The translations under genes and the position numbers were made by a program. The notes beneath the pieces were generated by a model. It made no database searches and was not told where the DNA came from. It was given only the letters and a program-made list of their open reading frames with translations. 64,000 nt of DNA from Thermococcus sp. JdFR-02 (GTDB lineage: Archaea > Methanobacteriota_B > Thermococci > Thermococcales > Thermococcaceae): contig MTLP01000042.1 of the NCBI GenBank assembly GCA_002009975.1, forward strand, positions 224,001-288,000. Reading direction: 5' to 3'. How positions within the stretch are numbered: position 1 is the first letter of the stretch; each line of letters begins with the position of its first letter. Of the stretch, positions 49,357 to 60,319 are shown piece after piece.

Positions 49357-50676
49357 TTAGTCCATGTCAGGAATTAATTCATAGATGTCTTGAGGCTTTT
49401 GGGCAACAATGTCGCCTCTCTTAACAAATTGCACTGCTATTAATGCTAAAACGAAGAATATTGTTGCAAAAACAAGCAATGAAGAGTAGCCAAAGTAATC
49501 TATCGCTATTCCAGATAATGGCGGTGCAAAAATATTAGCCGCCATTGAGAAGAAGTAGTATAAGCCAGTGTAACCACCCACCTTTTCTTCTGTCGTCATG
49601 TCAACGACCATTGGAAGTGAGTTAACGTTAATTAATCCCCATCCAAAACCACCAAGTAAGAAAAGCCCAGAAAACGCTTTAACCACAAAATCCGTTGATA
49701 TTTTACCACTTGTAGCTTGTAGACCTAAGTAGAGGGCTATTATCATCACCGCTGTAACGATTATAAGACCTAAGCTCATTGTCCTCTTTCTTCCAAATCT
49801 TCCTCCAATGAAACCGGCGGGAATTGAGAACACCATGAAGCCTAATGCAAAGATACCCAACATAAAAGCACCTGTGCTTTCCTTAATCCCGAGCTCGAAT
49901 TTTGCATAGCTTGTGAAGAAGGTTTCTACTGAATTAAAAGCTATAAACCAGAGAAATATTGCTAAAAGCATGAAGAACAAACTTTTTTCTTGACTTGCAA
50001 AGACATCTTTAAGGTTCTCTTTTAGCTCACCAAAGCTTTGGTTAAAGGTTTCTTTAAATGAAATCTTCTTAGTTTTTTCTTTAACCCTGTATTCTTCTGG
50101 CTCTTTAATGAAGAGAACGACCAAAATGTTTGCTATCAACATTAAAGCAGCACCAACATAGAAAGGCAAAGCATAGTTAATGTCATAGAGAACTTTTCCA
50201 CCAAAGTAAGCAAAGAGTGCCCCCAATCCTCCCATGAAATTGATTATACCGTTAGCTTGACTTCTAAACCTTGATGGTGTTATATCAGGCATTAAAGCTA
50301 TAACTGGTGATCTAAAGAGTGCCATAAAGAAGTTCATGAAGATAATCGTTCCCATCATAAGAGCTAAAACCTGATATCTTCTTGCTATCGGTATCAACGC
50401 AAAGAACAAAGCTGCTGATGGTGCTCCAATCATTATATATGGCATTCTTCGTCCCCATTTTGTTCTCGTTTTATCGCTTAGTGCACCGATATATGGAAGC
50501 ATCACTATGGCAAAGATGTTATCAATGACCATGACAATACCAATGATAAAAGAACTCAATGCAAAGTCTTTTAGGAAAATGGGAACATAAGCATTGTATA
50601 ACGCCCAAATTATGCTTATTCCAAAGAAACCAAAACCAAGTAAAAATATCTTCCCATAATTAAACTTTTCCTCCAT
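49357..50676 (-). CDS. MFS sugar transporter (SLC45/GPH-like)
   Basis: LGFGFFGISIIW, GALSDKT.T.WGRRMPY, RSP.IALMPD, NG.INFMGG. Confidence 0.88.
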   Translation of the reverse strand: MEEKFNYGKIFLLGFGFFGISIIWALYNAYVPIFLKDFALSSFIIGIVMVIDNIFAIVMLPYIGALSDKTRTKWGRRMPYIMIGAPSAALFFALIPIARRYQVLALMMGTIIFMNFFMALFRSPVIALMPDITPSRFRSQANGIINFMGGLGALFAYFGGKVLYDINYALPFYVGAALMLIANILVVLFIKEPEEYRVKEKTKKISFKETFNQSFGELKENLKDVFASQEKSLFFMLLAIFLWFIAFNSVETFFTSYAKFELGIKESTGAFMLGIFALGFMVFSIPAGFIGGRFGRKRTMSLGLIIVTAVMIIALYLGLQATSGKISTDFVVKAFSGLFLLGGFGWGLINVNSLPMVVDMTTEEKVGGYTGLYYFFSMAANIFAPPLSGIAIDYFGYSSLLVFATIFFVLALIAVQFVKRGDIVAQKPQDIYELIPDMD

Positions 50677-50799
50677 TATTGCACCTCCCTGATGATTGTT
50701 GTACAAAAATAAAAATAATCAATTTAGATTAAAATAGTTTTTGGATGAACGTCAAAGAAAAAAGATGCAGAATAAGAATTGCTGGCATTATGACAAAGC

Positions 50800-51333
50800 T
50801 TAGCTTTTCAATGGACTGCCAAACTTATTCAAATGAACTCTTTCCCACATTATCTCCCTTTCGCTATGCCCTTCTTTCTGTTCTGCTGGATAACCCACTC
50901 CAATGATGCAAAGCACTCTAATTTCTTGTGGGATGTTTAAAAGCCTTTTAACATAATCTTCAGCACTCTCATTTTCATTGTGCATTCTGTCTCTCACATG
51001 CCCCCAACAAGCACCTAAACCCAATGCCGTTGCTGCTAATTGAATGTGTTCTGCAGCTATAGATGCATCTTCTACCCAAGCAGATGTTTCTTCAGCACAA
51101 ACAACTATAGCCAAAGGCGCTGTTTCTAAGAACTTTGTTGCCCTTCTCGTATTTGCTAACGCTTTAATTAACTCTCTATCTTTAACAACGATGAAGTGCC
51201 AGGGTCTGCTATTCCTTGAGCTTGGTGAATAAAATGCGGTCTCTAAAATCTTGTCTATAAGCTCGTCAGGGACATCTTTTTCTTGATACTTTCTTATGCT
51301 TCTCCTTTTCTTAACAACTTCAAAAAATTCCAT
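50800..51333 (-). CDS. nitroreductase family protein
   Basis: RRSIRKY, SPSSRNSRPW, LGLGACW, GYP. Confidence 0.9.
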   Translation of the reverse strand: MEFFEVVKKRRSIRKYQEKDVPDELIDKILETAFYSPSSRNSRPWHFIVVKDRELIKALANTRRATKFLETAPLAIVVCAEETSAWVEDASIAAEHIQLAATALGLGACWGHVRDRMHNENESAEDYVKRLLNIPQEIRVLCIIGVGYPAEQKEGHSEREIMWERVHLNKFGSPLKS

Positions 51334-51334
51334 C

Positions 51335-52483
51335 TTACTCACCATAGAAAGCCTTCTTGTAAAGTTCTTTAATCTCCTCAATGCTTGGCTCAACTGGATT
51401 AAAGTTTATCAGAGGGTCGCCATAAGCTTTTTGGCTCATGTCTTCAAGTTTGGCTAAAAACTGATCTTCGCTAACTAAATCACCCAATTTTGGAACTTCA
51501 AGCATTTCATTAAGTTCTTTTACAACTTCAATTAGCTCTTGAGCAGTGTTAAAGCCGAGTTCTCTTGCTATTTCAGCGTATCTTTTTCTTGCATAATCAA
51601 TTTTCATGTTAAACTCCATAATATATGGATTGAGAATTGCATTTAAGAGACCATGCGACGCCATCCAGGCTCCTTTGTGACTCATAGCATGACAGAGTCC
51701 TAAACGAGCATTTAAAAATGCAATTCCAGCCATAGTTGAAGCATAGTGCATCTCTTCCCTTGCTTTTTCCTCGCCGTTAACTGAAAGTGGGAGATATTTA
51801 AAGACACTCTTAATGACTTTAATTGCCAAAGCATCACTAAAAGGAGTTGCAACCGTTGAAACGTAAGCTTCAATGGCATGGACTAAAACATCCAATCCAG
51901 AGTTTCTCGTTACTCCTTTTGGCATTGTCATTGGTAACCTTGGATCTAAAATGGCAAACTCTGGTGCAATTTCAAAAGAAACAAGATTGTATTTAACATC
52001 CCCTTTCTTTAAAACCGAAGCAGCAGAAACCTCGCTCCCAGCGCCGCTTGTTGAAGGAATCGCCACTAATGGTGTCTTAAGCTTTGGAATTGGTTTTGGT
52101 TTTGAAAAGCGATCAAGAAAGGCTATTTCTTCAAATTTGAGATTGGGCGCATCATAAAAAACTTTAACCGCTTTTACAACATCAATAACACTCCCACCAC
52201 CTAATGCTATAAACAAATCAGGATTAAATTCCTTAACCTTTGGCAAAATATTTTCAATATACTCATAGCTCGGTTCCGCTGGAACTCCTAAAATCACTTC
52301 ATTTTCAGCTCCTGAATCTTCAACATAATTCATGACTTCATTTAAGAAACCATGGATTCTCATTGATTTGCTTGAAAAGATTAGAACTCTGCTATAGTTC
52401 TTTGCAACACTCTTAACATAACTTAAACTCCCTTCTCCAATAACAATTCTTGTTTTTAAGCTAAAGAATCTCATGAGCATCAC
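51335..52483 (-). CDS. iron-containing alcohol dehydrogenase
   Basis: GGGSVID, PSTSGAGSE, D.LVHAIE, HAMSH, HG. Confidence 0.92.
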   Translation of the reverse strand: MMLMRFFSLKTRIVIGEGSLSYVKSVAKNYSRVLIFSSKSMRIHGFLNEVMNYVEDSGAENEVILGVPAEPSYEYIENILPKVKEFNPDLFIALGGGSVIDVVKAVKVFYDAPNLKFEEIAFLDRFSKPKPIPKLKTPLVAIPSTSGAGSEVSAASVLKKGDVKYNLVSFEIAPEFAILDPRLPMTMPKGVTRNSGLDVLVHAIEAYVSTVATPFSDALAIKVIKSVFKYLPLSVNGEEKAREEMHYASTMAGIAFLNARLGLCHAMSHKGAWMASHGLLNAILNPYIMEFNMKIDYARKRYAEIARELGFNTAQELIEVVKELNEMLEVPKLGDLVSEDQFLAKLEDMSQKAYGDPLINFNPVEPSIEEIKELYKKAFYGE

Positions 52484-52604
52484 CAGAATGAATAAGGAGA
52501 ACCAAGTTAAAAAGATTAGTCACTTGAAGTTTTGCCTAGTAAAATTTATAAATATTATAGGTCTTTAATATTTTATATTCATGAAATAATTGCTGGTGAT
52601 TAAA

Positions 52605-53417
52605 ATGCCCAACATAGGCGTTAACTCATGCATAGTCAGGGAGATAACAGGAAGAGGATTAAGCTTAGATGAGCTTAGAATTGATTTAATTGAGGTTGGC
52701 TTTGATGATTTGCCTCTAGTCACTGAAAAAGGGATTAATATGGATAGTGTTGAGCTTCTTAGGACGCTCGATGTTGGATATACTCTTCATGCCCCAACTT
52801 CAGATGCAAGAACTGTAAGAGTTAATTTGGGAGTTAAGAGCGAGAAAAACATTAAAATCATGGGAAATGTTCTTAAAATTGCCTCATTACTAGATGCCGA
52901 ATATGTTGTTGTTCATGGTGGGGATGTTAATGGTTCGTACCATAAAGCTTTTTTGAACACAATAGAACAGCTTAAAGTTATAGCCAAGATGGCTAAAGAT
53001 TATTCCATAAAATTAACCATTGAAAACCTTTGTGATAAGAGAATAGGTGCTTTGCCCTATGAGCTTTTTCCCTTTTTAAACTTAGGATTAGGTTTAACAT
53101 TTGATACCGCCCATGCCTTTTTAATATCTAAAAAATATGGCATTCCCTATGAGGAATACTTTAAACTTATGAGTTATGCAGATCATATTCACTTACACGA
53201 TAACAACGGAGTTGTAGATGAACACAGAGCTTTGGGAGAGGGAATTATAAATCTAGACCATGTCATGAATGGTCTGAGAAATATAAACCCGAAGAACATA
53301 ATTCTTGAGATAATAAATTACAGCAAGCCTGAGAATATTATTAGAAGTATTGAGATTGTAAGATTTCAGAGATTCCCCTATATAAATAGAGCGGAAAAGG
53401 TAAGAGCAAGGGCTTAA
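52605..53417 (+). CDS. sugar phosphate isomerase/epimerase family TIM barrel
   Basis: LHAP, VVHGG, IEN, FDTAH, HIHLHDN, DEH..LGEG, ILE. Confidence 0.85.
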   Translation: MPNIGVNSCIVREITGRGLSLDELRIDLIEVGFDDLPLVTEKGINMDSVELLRTLDVGYTLHAPTSDARTVRVNLGVKSEKNIKIMGNVLKIASLLDAEYVVVHGGDVNGSYHKAFLNTIEQLKVIAKMAKDYSIKLTIENLCDKRIGALPYELFPFLNLGLGLTFDTAHAFLISKKYGIPYEEYFKLMSYADHIHLHDNNGVVDEHRALGEGIINLDHVMNGLRNINPKNIILEIINYSKPENIIRSIEIVRFQRFPYINRAEKVRARA

Positions 53418-54481
53418 AGCCCAAACAACCTCCTTAGATTCCTTTCAAACGGTGGATAAACAACACCCTTTTCTGTTATTATTCCTGTTAAATATTTGTG
53501 CGGTGTAATATCAAAAGCTGGATTATAAACATCCACATCTGGTGCTATTTTGCAACCTCCACAACCCAAAACCTCTTCTTTTGCTCTCTCTTCTATTGGT
53601 ATTTCCTTTCCACTTTTTAAGCTTAAGTCAATAGTCGATGTTGGGGCAACCACAAAGAAAGGTATCTTGTGCTCTTTAGCCAAAATCGCTAAGGAATAAG
53701 TCCCTATCTTATTTGCAAAGTCCCCATTGGCAACTATCCTATCAGCACCAACGATTACATAATCAACTAAACCTTGCTGCATAACGAAGCCTGCCATATT
53801 ATCGCAAATGAGCTTTAAAGGAATTCCATCATAAGAATACTCCCAAGCCGAAAGGCGAGCACCTTGTAAGACAGGTCTAGTTTCATCGACCCATAAAAGC
53901 TTGAGCTTCTCTTCTTTATGCATTACTCTAAGAACAGCACCAACTGTGCCAAGATGCACCGTTGCTAGACTTCCAGCGTTGCAGTGAGTTAAAACACTTC
54001 CTTTGTCAAGAATCTCACTCCCAACATGCCCCATTTTTAAGTTAGCTTCAACATCTTCATTCGCTATTTTTTGAGCTTCATTAATTATTAACTGCTTTAT
54101 AGTTTCTAGGCTCTCTTCACCGTGCTCCTCTACAAGCTTTTTGATCCTATTCAAAGCCCAAAACAAATTAACAGCTGTTGGTCTTGTGGATTTTAAAGCT
54201 TCATAAGCTCTCTCAAATTCACTTAAAAACTCTCCCTTTGTTTTTGCCTTGCTTTTGTGGGCAAGTAGAGCTAAACCAAAAGCCGCTGTTGCCCCAATAG
54301 CTGGAGCACCTCTAACTTGCATTGTTTTTATTGCTCTGGCAACCTCTTCAACTGTGTTTAGTGAAATGACTTTGAATTCTTTTGGCAGAAGAGTTTGGTC
54401 AATTATGAAAACTCTCCCATCCTTAAATTCAACGCTCCTTGGGAGCTTTGTAAGTTCTTCAGGCTTATACCTCAATTCCAT
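53414..54481 (-). CDS. mtnA: methylthioribose-1-phosphate isomerase (aIF-2B-like)
   Basis: VRGAPAIG, RPTAVNL, THCNAG.LAT, ETRP..QG, NKIGT, NPAFD.TP. Confidence 0.9.
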   Translation of the reverse strand: MELRYKPEELTKLPRSVEFKDGRVFIIDQTLLPKEFKVISLNTVEEVARAIKTMQVRGAPAIGATAAFGLALLAHKSKAKTKGEFLSEFERAYEALKSTRPTAVNLFWALNRIKKLVEEHGEESLETIKQLIINEAQKIANEDVEANLKMGHVGSEILDKGSVLTHCNAGSLATVHLGTVGAVLRVMHKEEKLKLLWVDETRPVLQGARLSAWEYSYDGIPLKLICDNMAGFVMQQGLVDYVIVGADRIVANGDFANKIGTYSLAILAKEHKIPFFVVAPTSTIDLSLKSGKEIPIEERAKEEVLGCGGCKIAPDVDVYNPAFDITPHKYLTGIITEKGVVYPPFERNLRRLFGL

Positions 54482-54550
54482 ATCCCTACCTCCAACTATT
54501 CTTTGCGTTAAGGGTTTAAAAGAATAAGCAAAAATTAGGATGGTGGTTTC

Positions 54551-55060
54551 ATGAAGATCTTTGTAAGCGGAATGCCTGGAGTGGGAAAGACAACTTTAAT
54601 TTTGAAGGTTAGTGAAGCCTTAAAATCCCGAGAATGGAGAATTGGAGGAATAATAACTCAAGAGGTACGGGAAAGAGGGAAGAGAGTTGGCTTTAAAATT
54701 ATAGCCCTCGACACTAGGGAGGAAGGAATCTTAGCTTGGGAAGGCTTTAACGGACCAAAAGTTGGTAAATATGGGGTTAATTTGAGAGATTTGGAAGAAA
54801 TTGGGGTTAAAGCTGTTGAAAGAGCAATAGATGATGCTGATTTAATTATAATTGATGAGATTGGAGCAATGGAGCTAAAAAGCAGAAAGTTTGGAGAAGT
54901 CGTTGAAAAAGCTCTAAAAAGTGATAAGCATTTATTGGCTGCTGTTCACAGGAGATTAACCCAAAAATATTCAAAATATGGAATGCTTTACATTTTAACC
55001 CGCGAAAATCGGGAGAGAGTTTTAAGCGAAATTCTGGAGTTCTTTAATAAACCAACATAA
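54551..55060 (+). CDS. THEP1-type NTPase
   Basis: GMPGVGKTT, G.RVGF, VGKY.V, IDEIG.ME. Confidence 0.9.
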   Translation: MKIFVSGMPGVGKTTLILKVSEALKSREWRIGGIITQEVRERGKRVGFKIIALDTREEGILAWEGFNGPKVGKYGVNLRDLEEIGVKAVERAIDDADLIIIDEIGAMELKSRKFGEVVEKALKSDKHLLAAVHRRLTQKYSKYGMLYILTRENRERVLSEILEFFNKPT

Positions 55061-55092
55061 TTATGGTATTAAATAATTACGTAATTAAACAA

Positions 55093-55839
55093 TTATTCAA
55101 GAGCTGCCAGGAGGATAGGCTTTCCATCAATAGTGGAGATTTTTGCCTTAACTCCATAAACCCTTTCCAGTATATCTTCTTTTAACTCAAACACTTCCCC
55201 ACTCCATTCAATTGAGCCGTTATGTAAAAGCATTAGCTTATCTGAATACTGCAAAGCTAAATTTAGGTCATGCATAACCGCTACGATGATCTTTTCATCT
55301 TTAAGCCTTGTTAAAAGCTCCATAATTTGCAAGGCATGGTTTACATCTAGGTGAGAAGTAGGCTCGTCTAAAAGTATTATTTCACTTCCTTGGGCTAATG
55401 CCCTAGCTATTAAAACAAGCTGATATTCTCCGCCACTTAGGTTTGTTATAAACTCCCTCCTTCTCTCCCACATCCCTACGAGCTTTAAGGCTTTTTTGAC
55501 ATCTCCACCAGTTGCATAGGTTCCAAGTTCCACAAACTCTTCAATTGTAAAGGCAAATTCTGGAAGGGAATTTTGAGGAACATATGTAATGTATTTAGCT
55601 CTCTCCTTTGCTGGAAGCTTTGTTAGATCAAGTCCGTTATATCTCACGTAGCCTTTTCCTTTTAAAATTCCCACCATGCATTTTAGAAGAGTTGATTTAC
55701 CAGCTCCATTTGGACCAATAATAGCTAAAAGCTCTCTTTTTTGAGCGAAAAAGCTAACATTTTTTAAAACCTCTCTCTCGCCATAGGAAAACCTAAGGTT
55801 AACTTCAAGTTGTTTTTCCTGCTTAGGCATAAAGTTCAC
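55093..55839 (-). CDS. BtuD/FecE-type ABC ATPase
   Basis: GPNGAGKS, LSGGE, DEPTSHLD, MHDLN. Confidence 0.9.
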   Translation of the reverse strand: MNFMPKQEKQLEVNLRFSYGEREVLKNVSFFAQKRELLAIIGPNGAGKSTLLKCMVGILKGKGYVRYNGLDLTKLPAKERAKYITYVPQNSLPEFAFTIEEFVELGTYATGGDVKKALKLVGMWERRREFITNLSGGEYQLVLIARALAQGSEIILLDEPTSHLDVNHALQIMELLTRLKDEKIIVAVMHDLNLALQYSDKLMLLHNGSIEWSGEVFELKEDILERVYGVKAKISTIDGKPILLAALE

Positions 55840-56848
55840 CCCTCTTTCTCTTCATTAAAAGATAAATGAAGAATGGAGCCCCAAATAAAGCTGTTATAAT
55901 TCCAACTGGGATTTCTGAAGGCTTTAACAAGATTCTTGCTAATAAATCTGCAAAGACCATTAAAGAACCTCCAAATAAAGCCGATGCAGGCAAAAGCTTC
56001 CTGTGATTAGGTCCAAAAATTAAACGCATTGCATGGGGACTTATAAGACCAACAAAGCCAATAATTCCAGAAGTTGAGACTGCAAAAGCCGTTAAAAGTG
56101 AAACAACGAAAATTATTGCCTTTCTGTAAAAGCTTAAATCCAGACCTAAAGCTATTGCTTCCTCACCGAAGAGAAGTAAGTTAAGCTCTCTCCACTTATA
56201 CATTAAAAATGAAAATCCTAAAAGGGATGAGAATAGCACGAGCTTAGCATCGCTCCAAGTCGCACCATTGAATGTTCCCATTAACCAAAAGATAGCATTA
56301 TGAATTCTCTCTTTTCCGACATACAAAAGATAAGACGTCAAAGCATGGGCAAAAAAGCCAAAAGCAATTCCCGCTAAAAGCAATGTGTCAACTGGAATAT
56401 GTCCATCAACTTTTGATATGTTGTAAACTAGAAAAACTGAAAGCAGAGCAAAGAGAAGGGCAAAAATACTCATATACCTTGGAAAGAACAGAGCGGCTAT
56501 TGAAGCTCCAACTGCAGCTCCTCCAGAGATTCCCAAAATATAAGGATCACCCAAGGGGTTTTTAAATAAGGCTTGAGTTGCAACACCCGCAGAGGCTAAG
56601 CTCAAACCAACTAAATAAGCAAGGATTACTCTTGGTAGTCTAATCTCCCAGATTATTGTAAAGTACGTTGTGTCTAGTTCTTTTAAAGGTTCAACTCCAA
56701 AAACAAAAAGCAATTTAGAGATCTCCATTTTTACTCCATAAATAATGCTTTTCAGAATTAAAGAAAAGGATATACTAACTGAACCAAAGGCTATCCCTAA
56801 GAACATCAGCAACACTGAGGCGATTATAAGGATTATCACTTTTTTCAT
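55823..56848 (-). CDS. BtuC/FecCD permease
   Basis: IRLPR, KNPL.DPY.LG.S.GA, GIIGFVGL..PH. Confidence 0.9.
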   Translation of the reverse strand: MKKVIILIIASVLLMFLGIAFGSVSISFSLILKSIIYGVKMEISKLLFVFGVEPLKELDTTYFTIIWEIRLPRVILAYLVGLSLASAGVATQALFKNPLGDPYILGISGGAAVGASIAALFFPRYMSIFALLFALLSVFLVYNISKVDGHIPVDTLLLAGIAFGFFAHALTSYLLYVGKERIHNAIFWLMGTFNGATWSDAKLVLFSSLLGFSFLMYKWRELNLLLFGEEAIALGLDLSFYRKAIIFVVSLLTAFAVSTSGIIGFVGLISPHAMRLIFGPNHRKLLPASALFGGSLMVFADLLARILLKPSEIPVGIITALFGAPFFIYLLMKRKRGELYA

Positions 56849-56960
56849 AGTATTCCCCTTTGGATTTTTTGTCCAATTAAAAATCGTTATGTTGACTTAA
56901 AAATCTAACCCAAAAGAAACCCTATAAATGATGAGAGAATATAAAGACTTGGTGGGTAAG

Positions 56961-59006
56961 ATGAAAAAAAGATACATAATAACCATTTTAATCATTTTGC
57001 TTACACTTAGCACTACCATTAGTCCCGTAAGTTCCCAAGCTTTTGTTAAAAATCCAAAACCTCCCCTTATAATAGTGGGCAATCCATACCCAAAATACCT
57101 CTCACTATCACCAAACGAGACTTACACAGTTTACCTATATGTAGCCGATGATGTGGAAATTAGGGAGACAAAGCTTTACTACAAGGTCAACGATGGGGAA
57201 TGGAAGTCTATTTACGCAGTTAGAGCAACTATTAATGAAAACGAAGAAATGTATGAGTCAATAGTCAGCAAATTCACAACCAAAGAATTCAAGTTCACAA
57301 CATTTTATGGAAAGGCTACAATTCCCTCTCAAAAACCGGGTTCAAGGGTTTACTTTAAAGTTGTTGCCCAGGATGCTGAAGGGCACATAGTAGAGAGTCA
57401 AATTGGAACTTACATAGTTTCTAACCCTGAAGGAAAAAGAGTAATGGTAGTTGATCCCTCAGTCAAATACAGAGCTTTTTTAGAAAATATGCGTTTTATA
57501 AAAGAGATGATAAATTACACGAAAGAGAAATACTTCTATGACATGAGTGAATACCAGAAAACAGTTGAATTTTTAGAACCTTTTGAAAACTCCAGCCAAA
57601 GTTTTCTAAGAGAACACCATTGGGAGCTTTTAGCTAAAGATTATAATATCATAATCGTTTCCCCAGAAGAAGTCGCGAATGCACTTAAAGAGTTTAAGCC
57701 AGAGGTAATTATCTTGTCAAATCTATGGATAAAGGAGTGGGAGCTTTCAAAGGAGGAACTTAACAGCCTAATTAAATATCTAAGAGACAACAACTGCGGA
57801 CTAATTGTTACCCATGGGACTCTATATGATGGGATTTCCTGGAAAGAAGGGATTAATTATTTAGGATCAACTCTCCACATAGGTGGGATAGAGGCTTATA
57901 ACGATGAAAGCATTGCAACTTTACTTGGATTTGAACTTTTGCCAATATTAGAAGGGGCTAAACTAAAGTACGCTGAAAATAAGCCTCACTTGGCAGAAAT
58001 TCCAACTCTTTTGCCCTTCCTTCCATCAAAAAGCAAGTTAAATATTAGAAATAAGGGAATAATATCAAGCATAGGCTTATTAAGCTTTGAGGGCGAAATT
58101 AATGCGGCTTTTGGATGGCAATATCTGCTCCCAGCAGAAAGCTTGCCCTTTGCAAAGAGCAAAGTTAGGGAACTAAAAAAGAGCGTCAAAGTAAGAGTAA
58201 AGGAGTTCTCAGAACTTCAAGAGAAAGTTTTTGGAGTTTCTTTATATACAAGAAACATTTATGCCCTCGACTTTCCTTTTGTTGATGCAATTTTGAATAT
58301 TCAAATCAAAGACACTCAAGTTGAAATACCTGTAGGTACTGATGTCCTAATCTTAGAGCCTCCTCAAGAGATCATTGAGAGGGTCAGGCTCTTAAAGGCG
58401 ATAAACAGGGATCTAATTGATATAAGTGCCCTTTCAAGCGATTACCTGTTAACCATCATAACCAGAGATGAGAGGCATAGAAAAGATGGAATTAGGAGTG
58501 TATACATTTCCTTTGAGATAGAAGCCGGAGGAAAAGAGAGTTTTGGTGTTTTGAAAGATCTGATAGCATGGGCTTCAGATTTTAAGCAAATCCAATATTT
58601 AGTTCAAGAGCCACAAGTTGTTCTGTTAGCTAACGACATAGATTGGGAAATCAAAGGAAAAGAACTTTTTGAACAGTTTAAGTCCATAGGGGCAAATATT
58701 AAGAGAGTTAAGCCATCAGAATTTGAGATTTACAAAAACTCAAGAGTCGTGGTGATTTTAGGAGGACCAAAGGCTTATGATGGTATCGGAGACTATGTGA
58801 AACAAGCATTAAACGAAGAAGAACAGCTAAAAATAATCAGAGGGGAGGAAGGGATATTTATAAAGAGGGATGTTTGGAATAAGAAACAAGTTGTGATAAT
58901 AATTGCGGGAAGAGATAGGAATCAAACTGGGGCAAAGGTATTGCTTTATCAAAAAGGCATAAATGAAAAGTACATAGACCTTTTGGCAGAGTTCAGTTTA
59001 AAGTGA
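56961..59006 (+). CDS. large secreted protein with C-terminal S-layer-like domain
   Basis: Signal peptide; Ig/FN3-like N-domain; C-terminal LANDIDW..ILGGPKAYDG..AGRDR. Confidence 0.7.
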   Translation: MKKRYIITILIILLTLSTTISPVSSQAFVKNPKPPLIIVGNPYPKYLSLSPNETYTVYLYVADDVEIRETKLYYKVNDGEWKSIYAVRATINENEEMYESIVSKFTTKEFKFTTFYGKATIPSQKPGSRVYFKVVAQDAEGHIVESQIGTYIVSNPEGKRVMVVDPSVKYRAFLENMRFIKEMINYTKEKYFYDMSEYQKTVEFLEPFENSSQSFLREHHWELLAKDYNIIIVSPEEVANALKEFKPEVIILSNLWIKEWELSKEELNSLIKYLRDNNCGLIVTHGTLYDGISWKEGINYLGSTLHIGGIEAYNDESIATLLGFELLPILEGAKLKYAENKPHLAEIPTLLPFLPSKSKLNIRNKGIISSIGLLSFEGEINAAFGWQYLLPAESLPFAKSKVRELKKSVKVRVKEFSELQEKVFGVSLYTRNIYALDFPFVDAILNIQIKDTQVEIPVGTDVLILEPPQEIIERVRLLKAINRDLIDISALSSDYLLTIITRDERHRKDGIRSVYISFEIEAGGKESFGVLKDLIAWASDFKQIQYLVQEPQVVLLANDIDWEIKGKELFEQFKSIGANIKRVKPSEFEIYKNSRVVVILGGPKAYDGIGDYVKQALNEEEQLKIIRGEEGIFIKRDVWNKKQVVIIIAGRDRNQTGAKVLLYQKGINEKYIDLLAEFSLK

Positions 59007-59160
59007 CGTCCTATTTGAATTTTTTCTACATTTTTAATTAAAAACTTTGGATAAAGCCCGTCAAAGTCGTATATTTGCTCAAAAACATGGATAAGTCTCA
59101 ATCAGATGCATACAAGCGAAAAGTTTTTAAATCATCATCAATGTTATGAGATACGGAACT

Positions 59161-59238
59161 GCCCCGGTGGTGTAGCCCGGTCAAACATGCGGGCCTTTCG
59201 AGCCCGCGCCCCGGGTTCAAATCCCGGCCGGGGCACCA
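59161..59238 (+). tRNA. tRNA-Glu(TTC)
   Basis: Acceptor GCCCCGG/CCGGGGC, anticodon arm CGGGC-CTTTCGA-GCCCG, GGTTCAAATCC, encoded CCA; upstream BRE-TATA. Confidence 0.97.
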
Positions 59239-59318
59239 AAATTTCTAAAGCGCTGTTCTGTAAGTAAATTAAAAATCAAAAAGCAAACCTTTTAAATTTC
59301 TTCACTTACCTTCTTTCG

Positions 59319-60317
59319 ATGCTTATGCTTGGTGTTAGAGTTCCTCTCAAAGAAGGCGAAAAAGTTAGAAGAAGACTTTTAGAGCTTGGAATTTTGAATA
59401 AAGAATATAAAATTAAGAGAGAAGGAGAATTCTTGATCTTCCCAATAACAAAGTCTATTGAAGGCTTTGAGATAGTTGAGACTAATTTTGAGAAAGCCCA
59501 AAAAAGACCTTTTAGTTATAGAGAGATTGTTAACGTGCCTGAGAAGTTAAAACCCCTCTTACCTTCCTCCTTCGATATCATAGGTGATATTGTCATTATC
59601 GAACTTCCAGAAGAGCTGATTCCATATGGAAAAAATATTGGTGAAGCAATTTTAAAAGTTCATAAGCATATAAAAGCTGTTTTCATGAAAGGGAGCAAAA
59701 TTAGTGGAGCATATAGGGTTAGAGAGCTAATTCATTTAGCTGGCAAAAAAAGAACAGAAACGATTCATAAGGAAAATGGCATAAGGTTAAAGCTTGACGT
59801 TAGCAAGGTTTATTTCTCCCCAAGATTAGCGACTGAGAGAATGAGGATCTTCAAAAAAGCTAAGAAAGGGGAGATAGTCTTTGACATGTTTGCTGGAATT
59901 GGTCCCTATGCAATCCTTTTAGCTAAAAAAGTAAAATTGGTTTTTGCTTGTGACATAAATCCTTGGGCAATCAAATATTTGAAGAAAAACAAGAACCTCA
60001 ATAAAGTCAATAATGTAATCCCAATTTTGGGTGATGTTAGAGAAGTTGCAGGACAAATAAGAGCTGATAGGGTAATAATGAACTTACCCAAATTTGCCCA
60101 TGAATTCTTAAAAGAAGCTATTTTAAGTGTAAAGAGCGATGGAATTATCCATTATTATGGATTCTCTCATGAGGATAACCTTTTTGGAGAGCATGAAGAG
60201 AAAATTAAAACCATCGCAGAGAAGCTTGGTAGAAGAGTCGAATTTTTAGAAAGAAGGGTTGTAAGACCCTATGCACCATATCAATACAACATCGCTATAG
60301 ACTTCAAAGTTCTTTAA
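59319..60317 (+). CDS. trm5b: tRNA (guanine37-N1) methyltransferase Trm5b
   Basis: SFDIIGDI, HKENG, VYFSPRL.TER, DMFAGIGP, MNLPK. Confidence 0.88.
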   Translation: MLMLGVRVPLKEGEKVRRRLLELGILNKEYKIKREGEFLIFPITKSIEGFEIVETNFEKAQKRPFSYREIVNVPEKLKPLLPSSFDIIGDIVIIELPEELIPYGKNIGEAILKVHKHIKAVFMKGSKISGAYRVRELIHLAGKKRTETIHKENGIRLKLDVSKVYFSPRLATERMRIFKKAKKGEIVFDMFAGIGPYAILLAKKVKLVFACDINPWAIKYLKKNKNLNKVNNVIPILGDVREVAGQIRADRVIMNLPKFAHEFLKEAILSVKSDGIIHYYGFSHEDNLFGEHEEKIKTIAEKLGRRVEFLERRVVRPYAPYQYNIAIDFKVL

Positions 60318-60319
60318 TT

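Noticed and set aside
55093-56848. BtuCD-like pair lacking a binding protein as a novel transporter
   Set aside because: Binding proteins are often encoded elsewhere; nothing else unusual.
59007-59320. Integrated element at tRNA-Glu
   Set aside because: No integrase and no duplicated tRNA segment seen; flanks look like core genes.
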